Shown here in pieces: positions 15,316 through 28,229 of a DNA stretch of 64,000 bases. Positions within the stretch are counted from its first letter, which is position 1. Each line of letters starts with the position of its first letter. Origin of the DNA: Octopus sinensis (taxonomy: Eukaryota); contig NC_043009.1 of the NCBI RefSeq assembly GCF_006345805.1, positions 56,730,001 through 56,794,000 on the forward strand, given 5' to 3'. The notes beneath the pieces were generated by a model, which saw nothing but the letters and a program-made list of their open reading frames with translations, was not told the DNA's origin and made no database searches. The position numbers and the translations under genes are program-made.

Positions 15316-15431
15316 GTGAGTGTGAAGGTAAAAATATGACTTGAAATGTTTCTGTAGATAAAAGACAGCTAAATAAAGAATGTGTGAGTGTGCGTGTGCG
15401 TGCGTGTGTGTGCACGATCACACACAGGCGT

Positions 15432-15462
<31 letters not shown>

Positions 15463-15598
15463 TACGCACACACACACCGTGTATATTAATACTTACATAA
15501 ATTCATAAGCCCTTCTCACTCTCTCATTTTCTCACTTTCTTTGTCTCAGTTTTTCTGTGTGTGTATACAAATATACATACATACATATTTATATATGC

Positions 15599-15662
<64 letters not shown>

Positions 15663-15667
15663 TATAG

Positions 15668-15709
<42 letters not shown>

Positions 15710-15794
15710 TATATGTATGTATGTATGTATTATATAATATGTATATTATATATATAACATATATATAATATGTATGTATGTACGTATGTATTTA

Positions 15795-15961
<167 letters not shown>

Positions 15962-16699
15962 TGTATGTATGTATGTATGTATGTATGTATGATGTGTGTG
16001 TATGTGTGTGCGTGTATTTGTGTATGTTGAGAGAGGGAGAGAGAGAGACTGAGAGAGAGGGGTAAGGAGTCAGTAGAAGGAGTGTGTAGGTGTCGAATTA
16101 GAGTAAGAGTGAGGAGTCGGTTGAACTGGTATCTGTCACACGGTGCAGCACAGCAGTAGATTTGTTTTTATATCACAAAGTTTGAGTTTTTAGATTACAG
16201 CAAATCATGCTAGATTCGAAAATTGGCAGTAGAAAACACACACACACACATACTCAGATAGACACATATAGACATAGATTCACATACGCACACATTGCAT
16301 ACAAATGCACATGCAAGGACACTCGCATACACACACACACCACACACACACACACAAACTCACACAAGCTCACACACACATACATACACTCACATTCACA
16401 TACAGGCAGGCATAATTGTACTGGTACACAAGGAGATATTCGCAGAAACACGAAAGACATTCACTCAAACATGCATTATTATACAAACACATTCATTTGC
16501 ATACACGTTTGCATACCTTGCTGAGAGGTGACTTTTCCTCATTTGTGAATTTTTTAATGATTCTACATCCCGAACCTTTAATATACAGCTTAGGTCACAA
16601 GTTGAACAAATTCGACATCTTGCCAGTCCATGTAACCTGTCCAGCCATGGACAGGCTAAATGTCGAATATGATATAATAATGAAGGAAAATTTTGTATA

Positions 16700-16965
16700 A
16701 AGTGCTCAGGTGCATAACAACTAAAAAGAAAAAAATAGCCATCAGGTGTACTGTTGGCGGATTTCAGTACACATGGAAGTTTTGAAGGATATAGTGTTTC
16801 AACAGCTGACAACTGATGCGGGTGGTTTATTCCATGCTTCAGCAATTCTGAGTGTGAAAAAATGTTTCTGAAAGTCATAGGTGCTGTGTTACTTTTTGAT
16901 TTTATAAGCATGTCCGCGAGTGTTTGTCATATGGAATTCAAAAAGTTGCCCAAGGTTCTCGTCTA
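16700..16965 (-). mobile_element. CR1-type LINE 3' end fragment
   Basis: Minus translation NTRGHAYKIKK*HSTYDFQKHFFTLRIAEAWNKPPASVVS matches the CR1 ORF2 C-terminal motif TRGH..RKxFFSxRVVxxWNxLP. Confidence 0.75.
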
Positions 16966-17299
16966 TTGTCGCAAGTCCTATAGACAAACTAACGGGTTTC
17001 GCAGACCAACATTGATAAAAGTATCATTTGTTCTGCGAAACGGGAAGAAATTCAAATACAAAATATTTTTTACGCTTTGCATTTCATTCACTACTATAAT
17101 CCTGCTTTTCAATGACAGTGGAATTTCTGCTCTTTTCGGGGCTTCAGGATTTCATGATGACCCTGGCTGGGTGACTGACGGGTGTTATACCTTGTCAATG
17201 AGCAACCCATGATTTTGTCCAGGACTGTTTATAGAGTATTCGCAGTTAACCTATATTTTTACAGGCCATTCCCCTACTGGCAAACCGATGGATGGGAGC

Positions 17300-17700
17300 T
17301 TTCATCACCACACCAGATATGTATACATACCATCAGTTTCTGGTAATGTTGAATGTTTTCCTGGTCAATATCGGCAATACTCTTCCACCGGTGAGTTTCC
17401 AAAGTGAACTGTAAGCAACGGTGTCTTCCACTTTTGAAAGGGTCCTCTTCAAAGCGGTCTTCAGATAGTCTTTGAACCACATGTTTTTTCTTTTTCCATT
17501 AATGAGGCATTCTCTATGATAATATAGCTGGCTGCAGAGTGTCTTATAGATAAGACACGAGCTAGATAAGACGTGAGCCATCTCAGCTCATGTCTGTAGA
17601 GAAAATTCAATGTTGCTGATGTTGGTTCGACGTGGTTAAGACCTATAGGGCCTGAATGAACCAGTTGTTTGTATCCTGCATTTCCTAACTATACGGAAGA
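17300..17700 (-). mobile_element. RTE-clade LINE C-terminal fragment
   Basis: ELRWL...QLYY..GKRKNMWFKDYLKTALK...SLWK resembles the RTE motif LRWxGHV..QLLYGEL..KRFKDxLK. Confidence 0.55.
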
Positions 17701-18024
17701 ACAGAAAAACAGGTTACTTGTTTTCTTAAAAGAAAGTAGAGATGCACACTAGAGATACAAATTCCCATATACGGATGCAGATTCTAAGAAACGAACAGTT
17801 ATAAAAAAACACACCGAGGATGGTTCTCTGGCATGATCTTTGCCTTGATATCTAAAACAGACTAAAGAACGAACAGTCATAGTCACACACAAGGCAATAA
17901 TAGGCCTCACACAGTCACTCTACAAAGCTCGCTCTTCAAAGGATTCTGAGGACATGTTTAAAGCAGAAAAGCTACATATAAACCAAACTGAGCATGTGGA
18001 GTTATATGTAGGTGTGTGTGTTTT

Positions 18025-18200
18025 TCGCTGCCTGGTCTCCAATTTTTGTCAAATTCTCCAATTTAATCCTCCATCTTGTTCATTGTTGTTCTCGGTTTCT
18101 TTTATGATCTCTCAAAACCCAGAATGCTGCTTTTCTGTTCTCTTGTTCCTTCGTTCCCCTGGTGTGTCCAACCCAACACCATTCCAACTGTTTCATTAAT
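18025..18200 (-). mobile_element. Second RTE-clade C-terminal fragment
   Basis: WVGHTRG...WVLRDHKRNREQQ*TRWR resembles WAGHxxR..WxPRxxKRxRGRxxxRW. Confidence 0.5.
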
Positions 18201-19329
18201 TATAAACAATTCCATTTACTTCCATTTATTTTATAACCTTTTTTGAGTGTATGTGTGTGTATGTGTGTGTCTGTTTGCATGCGTGTTTTGTGTATGTGCG
18301 TTTTCATATAACAAAGACTTAATTTCCAATAAGCAGCACTAGTTTTACGGTTTCCTGTTTAAACATTCAATTCATAAAACAATCATCAGATTTCGGTGTT
18401 ATTGTTCTTTTCTTTGCGCAAACACAGACTTTGGGGTTTCATTTTCTCACACATGTATAGCTTTCTCAACTTTATCCTTTTACACATCTCAAATGAGACT
18501 CACTATAGAATAATTCTCCAATATCTAAGGTGGTTATACTTCTACAAATCCGAATATCCTAAACTGCATTTAAAAGAAAGTCCTCCGGCTTACTAGTAAG
18601 CATCCATAATCACACATCATCTCTTCGCTCTACTTTTTCTATCAATACAAGGGTTTCTCCTTAAAGGCAGACGTTGCACGCCATTACTTTCTTCCAAGCC
18701 CAGTCGACACAGTCTTTGCTCCTCCAACCACTTTAAATTCTAAAACTCCTTCCCCTTCTGCAAAAGCTATGGTACATCCCCTTTCCTAGCGAAACCATTA
18801 GAAAACGATTTTATGTATTTTTCCTTCATCTTCCCAGGTCCTCTGTTATAAACTTATGCAAGAAAGATTGAATTGGAACATAGTAGTATTTTCAGGGCAA
18901 CATACGTACATATATGTATATGTGTGTTTATATATATTTGCGTGAGAGAGAGGGAGTGAGAGAGTGTGTGAGTGTGTATATACGCAAGTGCACTTACATA
19001 TGTACATACGTAGATATGCATGCATATATATATGTATTTTTATATCTTGTTATATTTATTTAGTTATATCTCATTATATTGATTGTAATTATTGTACTGT
19101 ATTAATGTCTAATCTTAATGCTCTTGTGTAGTGTTTTAATAAAGTATATGATTCGGTATTATCTGATAGTTGATGAATGATTTAGATATATTTCTCCATT
19201 TTCTCATTTTATATATATATATGCATGTACGTATACGTGCGTGCGTGCGTGCGTATTACACATCTTACTCGGGCCACCTGTATTGCCCACCTTTTCCTTC
19301 ACTACTCTTGTGGTAAATAAATGAAATCC

Positions 19330-20026
19330 TTATTATTATATGAAAACTCATAGCTTATTTTGCTGGGTATGATGAAAAGTCAACTGCCCACAACCAACAG
19401 ACTAAGGTGACACTTATGTACTGGTCATGCTTCAAGAACCCTCCGAAGAATTCTTGCAGTTCCGAGCAATGCTGATTTTTGTAGGTATTCTCCCTTCACA
19501 CTTGCACCAATCTTTTTCAGCCATGTTGTTAGGTGAATGCTGATACTTACAAGTGCACCAATTACTATTGGTGTCTCGTCTACTTTTTTCATTGGCCACA
19601 ACTTTCGTATTTCCCACTTCAAATCGTCATAGTTATTTATTTTTTCTTCTTCTTTCACATTGATCCTGTTGTCACCGAGGCATGCTATGTCGATTATCAT
19701 ACATGTTCTTTCTTCTTTATTCATCATAACAATGTCCGGTCCCCGATGTCTGGTCGGGTGATCGCACTGGATCATTGCATCCCACGGGATTTTGCAATTC
19801 TCATTTTCAATGATTCCTTCTGGGGTTTCCTCATACCACGTCTTTGCTCTCTGTAGGCCGTGATTTCTACAGAGCTCTCAATTGATCATTCTTGGCACAT
19901 TGTCATGGCGTCTTTTGTATTCGCGTTCTTTCGAGCATTCGCTATGCGCCACACCGTTTCACCCCTCTCATCACACATTCTGCATTTGTCGCTATCGGTA
20001 ATGTTGTCTATACTAGACTTCACATG

Positions 20027-20027
<1 letters not shown>
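19330..20027 (-). mobile_element. R4/Dong-like non-LTR retrotransposon 3' fragment (zinc knuckle + RLE endonuclease), family A
   Basis: CRMCDERGETVWRI..KRRHDNV, then ORF 19425-19775 PDIVMMNKEERTCMIIDIAC...EKINNYDDL...LQKSALLGTARILRRVLE. Bounded by (TAA)n. Confidence 0.85.
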
Positions 20028-20084
<57 letters not shown>

Positions 20085-20095
20085 TGTTATTGTTA

Positions 20096-20141
<46 letters not shown>

Positions 20142-20150
20142 TTATTGTTA

Positions 20151-20209
<59 letters not shown>

Positions 20210-20856
20210 TTATGTTTGGCTTTTGCGTTGCATTTGTACAAGTTGGCTCTAAGTCTCACCCAAGTTCATGCTGGTGTTATGCCTAGGGTGCCATATATTT
20301 GGTTTTGTACATAGTGTTGTTCTAGAGAATGTTTATGAAACCATAAGGAAATTGTTTGTTTTAAAATTTGAGATTATATAGACAGTATTTTTCGTAGGAT
20401 ATGGGCAGTTCCCATGAGCACTAACTTTTGAATTTCTGCCATTTTGGGGTTTCCTGGTATCTGAGCTAGGTAGCAATGAGACCCTTTTGCTACGTTAGAT
20501 GTTTCTGCCAATTTTCCTTTGATTAAGGTAGCTTTTGCACATTTATCGAGGCCAAATTGCATCCTGATGAAATCACTGAATTGTTTAACAATCGCTAGTA
20601 AGCCCTTGAGTTGTTGGTCATTTTTTGCAAATAGCTTTAAATCATCCATGTAAATGGGATGATTTATATTTTTATCAAACATTTTATAACTGTACTGTGC
20701 ATCATTGAGCAATTTTGAGAGAGGTATTAAACCTAGACAAAAGAGGAGTGGTGATAGTGAGTGACCCTGGAAAATGACACATGAAATTCTTACATCTCCA
20801 GGATTTAGAGATTCATTGTCACTGATCAAAGTCAGTGTGTTTCTCCATGATCTCAT
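20210..20856 (-). mobile_element. R4/Dong-like element, family B, internally deleted
   Basis: ORF 20374-20856: IFQGHSLSPLLF, YMDDLKLFAK and FGLDKCAK joined to EIQKLVLMGTAHILRKILS. A 3' UTR and (TAA)n follow. Confidence 0.85.
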
Positions 20857-20862
20857 GCTTAC

Positions 20863-20920
<58 letters not shown>

Positions 20921-21346
20921 AAGAAGAAGAAGAAGAAGAAGAAGAAGAAGAAGAAGAAGAAGAAGAAGAAGAAGAAGAAGAAGAAAGAAGAAGAAGAACA
21001 ACAACAACAACAACAACAACAACATTGATAATTTCGTTATGTCCAAAAATTACAGACATTATGTCTCGCACGGTATTTGGTAGACGTTCAACACTTTCCA
21101 GGAGGTTCCAATCTTGAAAAAAAATCATCTAAAAGTCTTTTCTTCCGTTGTGCTTTGTAAAGATTCCAAAACCTTTGGTGCACAGCGAAAACATCAGCTG
21201 ACGGCAACTTTTAATTATGTATGTAAAATATTATGTATACACATACATACACACACACACACACCACACACACACATTCACGCATTTATACACACACTAC
21301 ATATACATATATAGAGAGAGAAAGAGAGAGAGAGTATATATCTATA

Positions 21347-21378
<32 letters not shown>

Positions 21379-21564
21379 CCTCAAATTTTGTTCCAAGTCT
21401 AGCAAAATATTTCTATATTTCAGTCATATGTGTCTGCTTAAATCATTTTTTAAAAATATGTATTCTTGCTTTTTGTTTTTTTGTCACTCCTCAACCATCT
21501 TGTTACTGGCGATTATTCTTAATGTTATTATTGTTGTTGTTCTCATTATTATCACTGTTGTTGC

Positions 21565-21627
<63 letters not shown>

Positions 21628-21641
21628 CATTATTATTATTA

Positions 21642-21709
<68 letters not shown>

Positions 21710-21968
21710 GAGTGAGAGGGCAGTGCATGCCATCAAAGTGAAACTTGGGTACAAATATACGAAGATCAATACACCCATCATGGTTTCCCGTCTGATAAGG
21801 GTACACCAGGCACATGCATCACAGCCATATGTGCGCAGCATGGTGATCTCATATCAGGATAAACAACGCAAGACCTGAGGGGTGGGGGCAGTTAGAATTT
21901 TCGTCATGTCGAGTAGCCCATCCCGCTCAAAAGGTCCCTGAATAAGGGTTGTTTAAGGATGTTGAACT
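21710..21968 (-). mobile_element. Probable 3' UTR of a (TAA)n-tailed non-LTR element
   Basis: GC-richer block abutting about 170 bp of (ATT)n. Family recalled from memory only. Confidence 0.4.
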
Positions 21969-21987
21969 CAATAATGATATTATGAAG

Positions 21988-22329
21988 CAGTGGTTCCCAA
22001 AGTGCACAGTTCCCTTGGGAGCGGTGGAAAGACCCAGAGGGACATTGAAGAAAAGTGGGATGATAAGGGGGTAGTCAAACTGGGGTGAAATATATATTTA
22101 TAGGTTAATTAGGTTTAAGTCTTATTTGTGAAATACAGTTGTTTTGAATTTTCTGCAGAAAGTGGTCTATGTGTGTGGTAGGAAGGGTGATGGGGCGCTA
22201 GGAATGTGGCATGGCTCGCGTGGCTTTTGATCTTAACTGATTGGAATTGTTATCATGTACATTGTTTTGTGTTGGTATAAACGTTTCAGGCTGCTGGGGC
22301 AGCAGCCTGAAAACGTTTGAGAACTACTG
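21988..22329. mobile_element. hAT-type MITE
   Basis: TIRs cagtggttcccaaa / tttgagaactactg. 8-bp flanks ttatgaag / atataaag match 6/8. Confidence 0.7.
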
Positions 22330-23157
22330 ATATAAAGTAGCTGGAACAAAATGTTTAGTGGAAATATATTAAAATACACACCGTATTTGGTGGCTTATAA
22401 GGCGCACATAAAAAAAGTCCCATGTCGTCAGCTTGCGTGTGGTTAGCTAGGGGTTGTTCAAGTGCTATAGTGAACATGAACTACGTACGTCTTTTGCACA
22501 ACTACTACCCAGAGTTTCCAGAGGCGAATTATTCAAACCCCAAAGAATTCCTCTCAACACATGGTTATGATGATCCTCCACTACTGCTTGTAATCAGAGA
22601 TGAATATACCGCCAGCCACAAAGGCCATGCTCAACTGGTTATGATCAAACAACTGACAAGTAAATCTGTGGTACTGTGCAAAATATTTGCTGTAGCCCAT
22701 CTTTTTATACCAACACAAAACAATGTACATGATAACAATTCCAATCAGTTAAGATCAAAAGCCACGCGAGCCACTGCCTGGTACTGCATTGTTACTATTA
22801 TTATTATCATCAATTTTATTATTATTATTGGTTCTTGCTGCGTTTATATGTATCTTTATTTCACTCTGAAACTATACTCTATTTATAGCATTACTAAATG
22901 AAGTTTTCTTTGGAGAATTATAATTACTAGAGGAAAGCCTGTCCTAGATACCTGCGGATAAAACAAACAAATAAAATTTGTTTTTGCAGATGTTTTCCTA
23001 CATATTTACAAGCATGACATTTTCACATTCAACATGGCAACCAAGCACAAATGCGGTAAACTATCCAACAAACGTAGAAAAAGAAAGCACAATTTAATGA
23101 ATAAACGAAAAAAAAATCTGAACGTTTAAATCATCAATATATAAAAATACTTAAGCC

Positions 23158-23210
23158 GGCGAGCTGGCAGAACTGTTAGTACGCCGGGTAAGATGCTTAG
23201 CGGCAGTGTC
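23158..23210 (+). mobile_element. SINE family A, head only
   Basis: ggcgagctggcagaactgttagtacgccgggtaagatgcttagcgg. Confidence 0.7.
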
Positions 23211-25339
23211 TCTATACTACAGGATCTAATTTAAGAGAAGGCAAAGAAAAAATTGTACATTTGTGATTTGGACTGACTGTACCTCCGCGACAAGAAGTAT
23301 AACAAATACTTCAAGATATATCAAGAGAAATCCTCTCAACAGGAACGGAAAACTTTATGATTCAATCTGCTACACTTAAAACTGAAGAGCCAACCAAAAC
23401 ATCGGCTAAAATTGTTAGACAAAGCTCCACCCCTGTGCCTGGGGCAAATAAATATAAGCGTAGTTATAAGAGACATCTCTTATATTGTAGATCCTCGGTT
23501 AGTCGTCACATTTATATATCGTAATATATGTGAGTGGATAAAGCAAGGCGGCTAAAGAGAGGTAATATATGATCAGTGGTGCATCAAAACTTATTTCAAA
23601 GGCTACAAAACCATATTGAAACAGTGCTCAGCTGAGCATGAGATTGATGACACAGGACAAAAATTCTGGTTGCTGAATCATGATGAAAAGAAAATAGGGA
23701 AGACCAGTTGAGGTGGCGACAAGTGCAAACAAAAACTCTAGTTTCTGGCGTACCATCAGTGAAAACTCCGGGAATAGCAAGAGAAATTGTTTATAACCAG
23801 CCCTAACGGAAACTAGTTAGCAAGCACTCCGTCTCTTAATAGTGTAATTTATTTTGACTGTTGTGATGAAGTATCTTGTAACGAAACATAAAGTGTAGCC
23901 CAGGGTCTTTTAGAGCGGTGAAGAGTGTAGTTTAGTATGGTGATTGTGTGACTCGTTGAGGGGTACGATATAATCTTGTGGAATATTGGCGGTTGTTTGC
24001 TTTGTAGAGGGTTGTAAAGCGTAGTTTAACGTATGGTTTAATGTTATACGTGGTTATTGTTTAGCTACAGCTCAACCCTGTGGTATATATTGTTCCATTA
24101 TATAATGTGTATTCTAATATATAGTATATTATGTAGTATGATGTGTATAATTTTATCCTACGATAATGTGTAGTTAACTGTACGGTAATATATAATGTAA
24201 TATATAGTGCGATATGTTTATGTGTAGCTTACTTTACTGCGATGTAAAGTAATACTGTTGATGTACAACATGATATACAATGTTTTGCATAAAATTGTAG
24301 CAGACCATAATGTGTAATTTACTGTACCGTAATGTGTAATATATTTTATAGTGACAGTTGTTTATTCTATGCATATACACACAGTGTGGTATATGTAAAT
24401 AAATTGCTTCATAGCATAACATGTAGAATACTGTAATGCTGTACAGTGACGTAAAAATCTTTTTGTGATGCTAAAGTGTGTGACTTTCTGTACTGTAATG
24501 TATGATATATTATGCATTATACAACTAAATATATATTGTTATATTATATTATAAAGTGTAGCTATGGTAAGACATTGTACGGCATTTAGAATGATGGGGG
24601 TCTGCAGTGTAATTTTGATTGCATTTTACTCAACTTTGGTAAGGGAATGATCGCCACGATACTGATTATGTCCATCTTAAAGTTATTCTGAAATATGAAT
24701 CGATATAACTGAAATATGAATCGATATTTTGCATGTCTATGTGTTTGAATGCATGTGTGCGTTTTCGCGTTTATGCGTGCGTATGTATGTGAGCGCATGT
24801 ACGATATACAAATCAACAAATAAATGATTATTACCATGAAATTAGGTAAATAGAAAAAATATTACAATTTACTTTCGTGTTTTGTTTGTCAACATAATTA
24901 TTGTAGCGATGAAGATTGATTGGATGGAAAGGAGAAAGAGGAGCGGGGTAAAACGAATGTAAACAAAAGAAACATGTCATCGGAGTGTGGGCAGTTATGA
25001 TTTTTCAATCATCCATAGATCCTAGCCAAGCCCTGCTATGCTCAAGTGACGTTTTCTCTAATTTAGACATAGACATATTTTTTTAACGTCATGTACACAA
25101 TGTAGAAATTTTGTTGTAGTTGCTGTGGCTACTGCTGTTGCTGTCGTTGTAGCTGTTGCTGTATTCAAATCAGAACATGATACAGTAAACCTAATATCAA
25201 AGATATTCCAGCTGCGACCATCCCATCGTTTTCATTTCTAGTTTTTCTTTCTGTTTTTTTTTTGTTTTTTTCAGTCTTTGTGTATCTAGGACTAGATCTT
25301 CCAACATATCCCTTATGATACTAGTACAGCACGATTTAA

Positions 25340-25806
25340 GAAGTTGGTTGTATTTCCACCCTCAACATGCTCTATCACCACCACCAACACCACCACCACC
25401 ACCACCACCACCGCCACTACCACCACCACCACCGCCGCCGCCACCACCACCACCACCACTATTACTAGTACCACAAGCTCTAGCGCACCACCGTCATAAC
25501 TACCATCACTATACCACGACCACCATTACTTCTAACCCTAATCACTAATACTACCACTACCACTGCCACTACTAGCCCCACTGCCACCATTACCAGCACT
25601 ACCACCACTATCATTACAACTACTATTATTACAACCACCACCACTGTTACCATCAACAACATTGCACCCGTAACACCACTATTATCACCACCACTACCAC
25701 CGAAACTATAATTAGCACCATTAGCACCACCACCGCTACTGCCAACATTACGACCAAAGGTAACAAACGAGCTGTGCTGATATAATGTAGGATAAATATA
25801 GTAATG

Positions 25807-25877
<71 letters not shown>

Positions 25878-25880
25878 CCT
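25340..25880. repeat. Degenerate (CAC/ACT)n followed by (AAT)n
   Basis: Direct reading. Source of the poly-P and poly-V ORFs. Confidence 0.9.
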
Positions 25881-26149
25881 TGGATAGAATTTATAGATAT
25901 TATAATGCATATCCTTCGGTGATACATCCAAATTTATTTTTCCCATCCTGCATCGGCACAGCTCGGTGCAACCCCAAAACACTGCTATTGCCAGTTGGCA
26001 TCATCAGGCTGTAGCCGGTATAATATAAGAGGGTTTTTTTCCCGTAAAGGAACTTAAACGATATATCATACTTGTACAACACATACAGAAACATAAGTCA
26101 CTTTAAACAAATACTTCAGGATGGAAAAATAGATTTGGATGTATCACAA

Positions 26150-27145
26150 GGACGCAGGAGTGGCTGTGTGGTAAGTAGCTTGCTTAGCAATCACATGGTT
26201 CCGGGTTCAGTCCCACTACGTGGCACCTTGAGCAAGTGTCTTCTACTATAGCCTCGGGCTGACCAAAGCTTTGTGAGTGGATTTCATAGACGGATACTGG
26301 AAGAAGCCCGTCATATATATATATATATATATTATATAAAAGGGCTTAGTAAAATAAATTACTTTGCCGCATACCACTCATTAGAAATAGCAGCCAAAAA
26401 ACTTTTTTAAAGCTATTTCTAATACTTAAAGAAAATCTCTCTCATATATAGTGTTTGCTAATTCAACTCACAAAAGTTGGGGTAAGGACATCGAAAAATC
26501 AAATGCTAAGGTTAGCATTTGATTTTTCGATGTCCTTACCCCCAAAAATTTGTGAGTTGAATTAAGCAAACACTATATATGAGAGAGATTTCTTTAAGTA
26601 TTAGAAATAGCTTAAAAAAGTTGGGGGTAAGTTGGGGGTACGGACATCGAAAAATCAAATGCTAACCTTAGCATTTGATTTTTCGATGTCCTTACCCCCA
26701 AACTTTGTGAGTTGAATTAAGCAAACATACTATATATGAGAGAGATTTTCTTTAGTATTAGAAATAGCTTAAAAAAGTTTTTTGGCTGCTATTTCTAATG
26801 AGTTCAGTATGCGGCAAAGTAATTTATTTTACTAAAGCCCTTTTATATAATGTAATAATTTGAATTCGCCTGAATGGTCCCTTTGCATACTGAACACTTG
26901 GTGAAATTGATTAATAATTAATTAATTTTGCCCTCAATTGTTGAAATTATATATATATATAATATATATATATGTTGTGTGTGTGTTTGTCCCACCAACA
27001 TCGCTTAACAACCGATGCTGGTGTGTTTACATCCACGTAACTTAGCGGTTCGGCAAAGGACCGATAGAATAGGTCTTGGAGTCGATTTGTTCGACTAAAG
27101 GCGGTGCTCTAGCATGGACGCAGTCAAATGACTGAAATAAATAAT
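26150..27145 (+). mobile_element. SINE family B interrupted at its internal (TA)n by a ~620-bp insertion
   Basis: 5' half gcaggagtggctgtgtggtaag...gaagaagcccgtc at 26150-26312. 3' half gtttgtccc...gactaaaggcggtgctctagcatgg..tgactgaaa at about 26980-27145. Confidence 0.8.
26331..26946. repeat. Long palindrome with duplicated centre, related to the 8.5-kb Penelope-like unit
   Basis: Arms starting at 26331 and ending at 26851 are reverse complements. Tips gctaaGGttagc (26510) and gctaaCCttagc (26666). Confidence 0.8.
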
Positions 27146-27195
27146 AGAGTAGAAGAGTAAAGGATATGCATAAATACTAAGGATCATCTTGTTAT

Positions 27196-27247
<52 letters not shown>

Positions 27248-28088
27248 CTCATAGAATGCGGAAGGAGAAAGCACTGTCTGACCTCCGACGGACAGAAAAG
27301 GATGGGAAATAAACAACTATATAAAGATAGGCAGATTAGAGAGATTATTGGCTAAACTGGCAAAATGACCATTCCTAAATACAACAATGCTCCTCCTCCC
27401 CCCTTCCCGTCGTCCCCCCGCGACGATACTTCCGCCCTGACTGTCTTTTTGGCCTGGCCTTCAAGGTAACTGGACGACATTCTTCCTGCTCTCCTGTCGT
27501 TCACAAAAAATTCTGCGTTTGCAATACTTTTTTCGTTCGGCGTCAACAGCCCTTCTTATCTTGTTTTTCCCTGTCCTGTCTTTTACTGTTATATTTTTTT
27601 ACTGTTTATATTTTTTTACTGTTTGTTTTTTTACTGTTTATATTTTTGTACTGTCGTTACTGTCCTGTTTTTTACCATTTTTTTTACCATTTTTTACCTC
27701 TCTGCGAAAAGATCTCAGAATTTTAATTGATTTGCTTTTCGCAGGAAGGAAAGTTTCTGGTCGAAGATACGTCTCGCTTTTATCCTTCGAAACCTAGAGT
27801 AGATGAAACCATAGCGACTGAAGAAGGGATTTTTTCGTTGTGTTAATTGTCCTGTACTCCATTTTTTGTTGTTTTTAAAAAAATGTCCAGTTCCTTTGGT
27901 TTGTGTCTATGTTTTCGTTTCTTTTTGTGTTCGACGTCCCTTTGGTGTCCTGTACTCATATATGCGTGTATATGTACATGTAGAGGTAGGTACGTACATA
28001 TATGTTATATATATGCATATTTTTATTTCATTTATTAATATATATAGATAGATAGATGATAGATAGATAGAAGATAGAAGATAGATAG

Positions 28089-28229
<141 letters not shown>

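Noticed and set aside
18340-18395. Minus-strand ctgatga...gaaaccgta
   Set aside because: No stem I pairing and wrong stem II closure.
18430-18850. Possible LINE C-terminal zinc finger remnant
   Set aside because: Requires several assumed frameshifts; insufficient support.
22370-22800. Possible pogo/Tigger remnant (ORF 22422-22901)
   Set aside because: Only vague terminal and DDE resemblance; too decayed to call.
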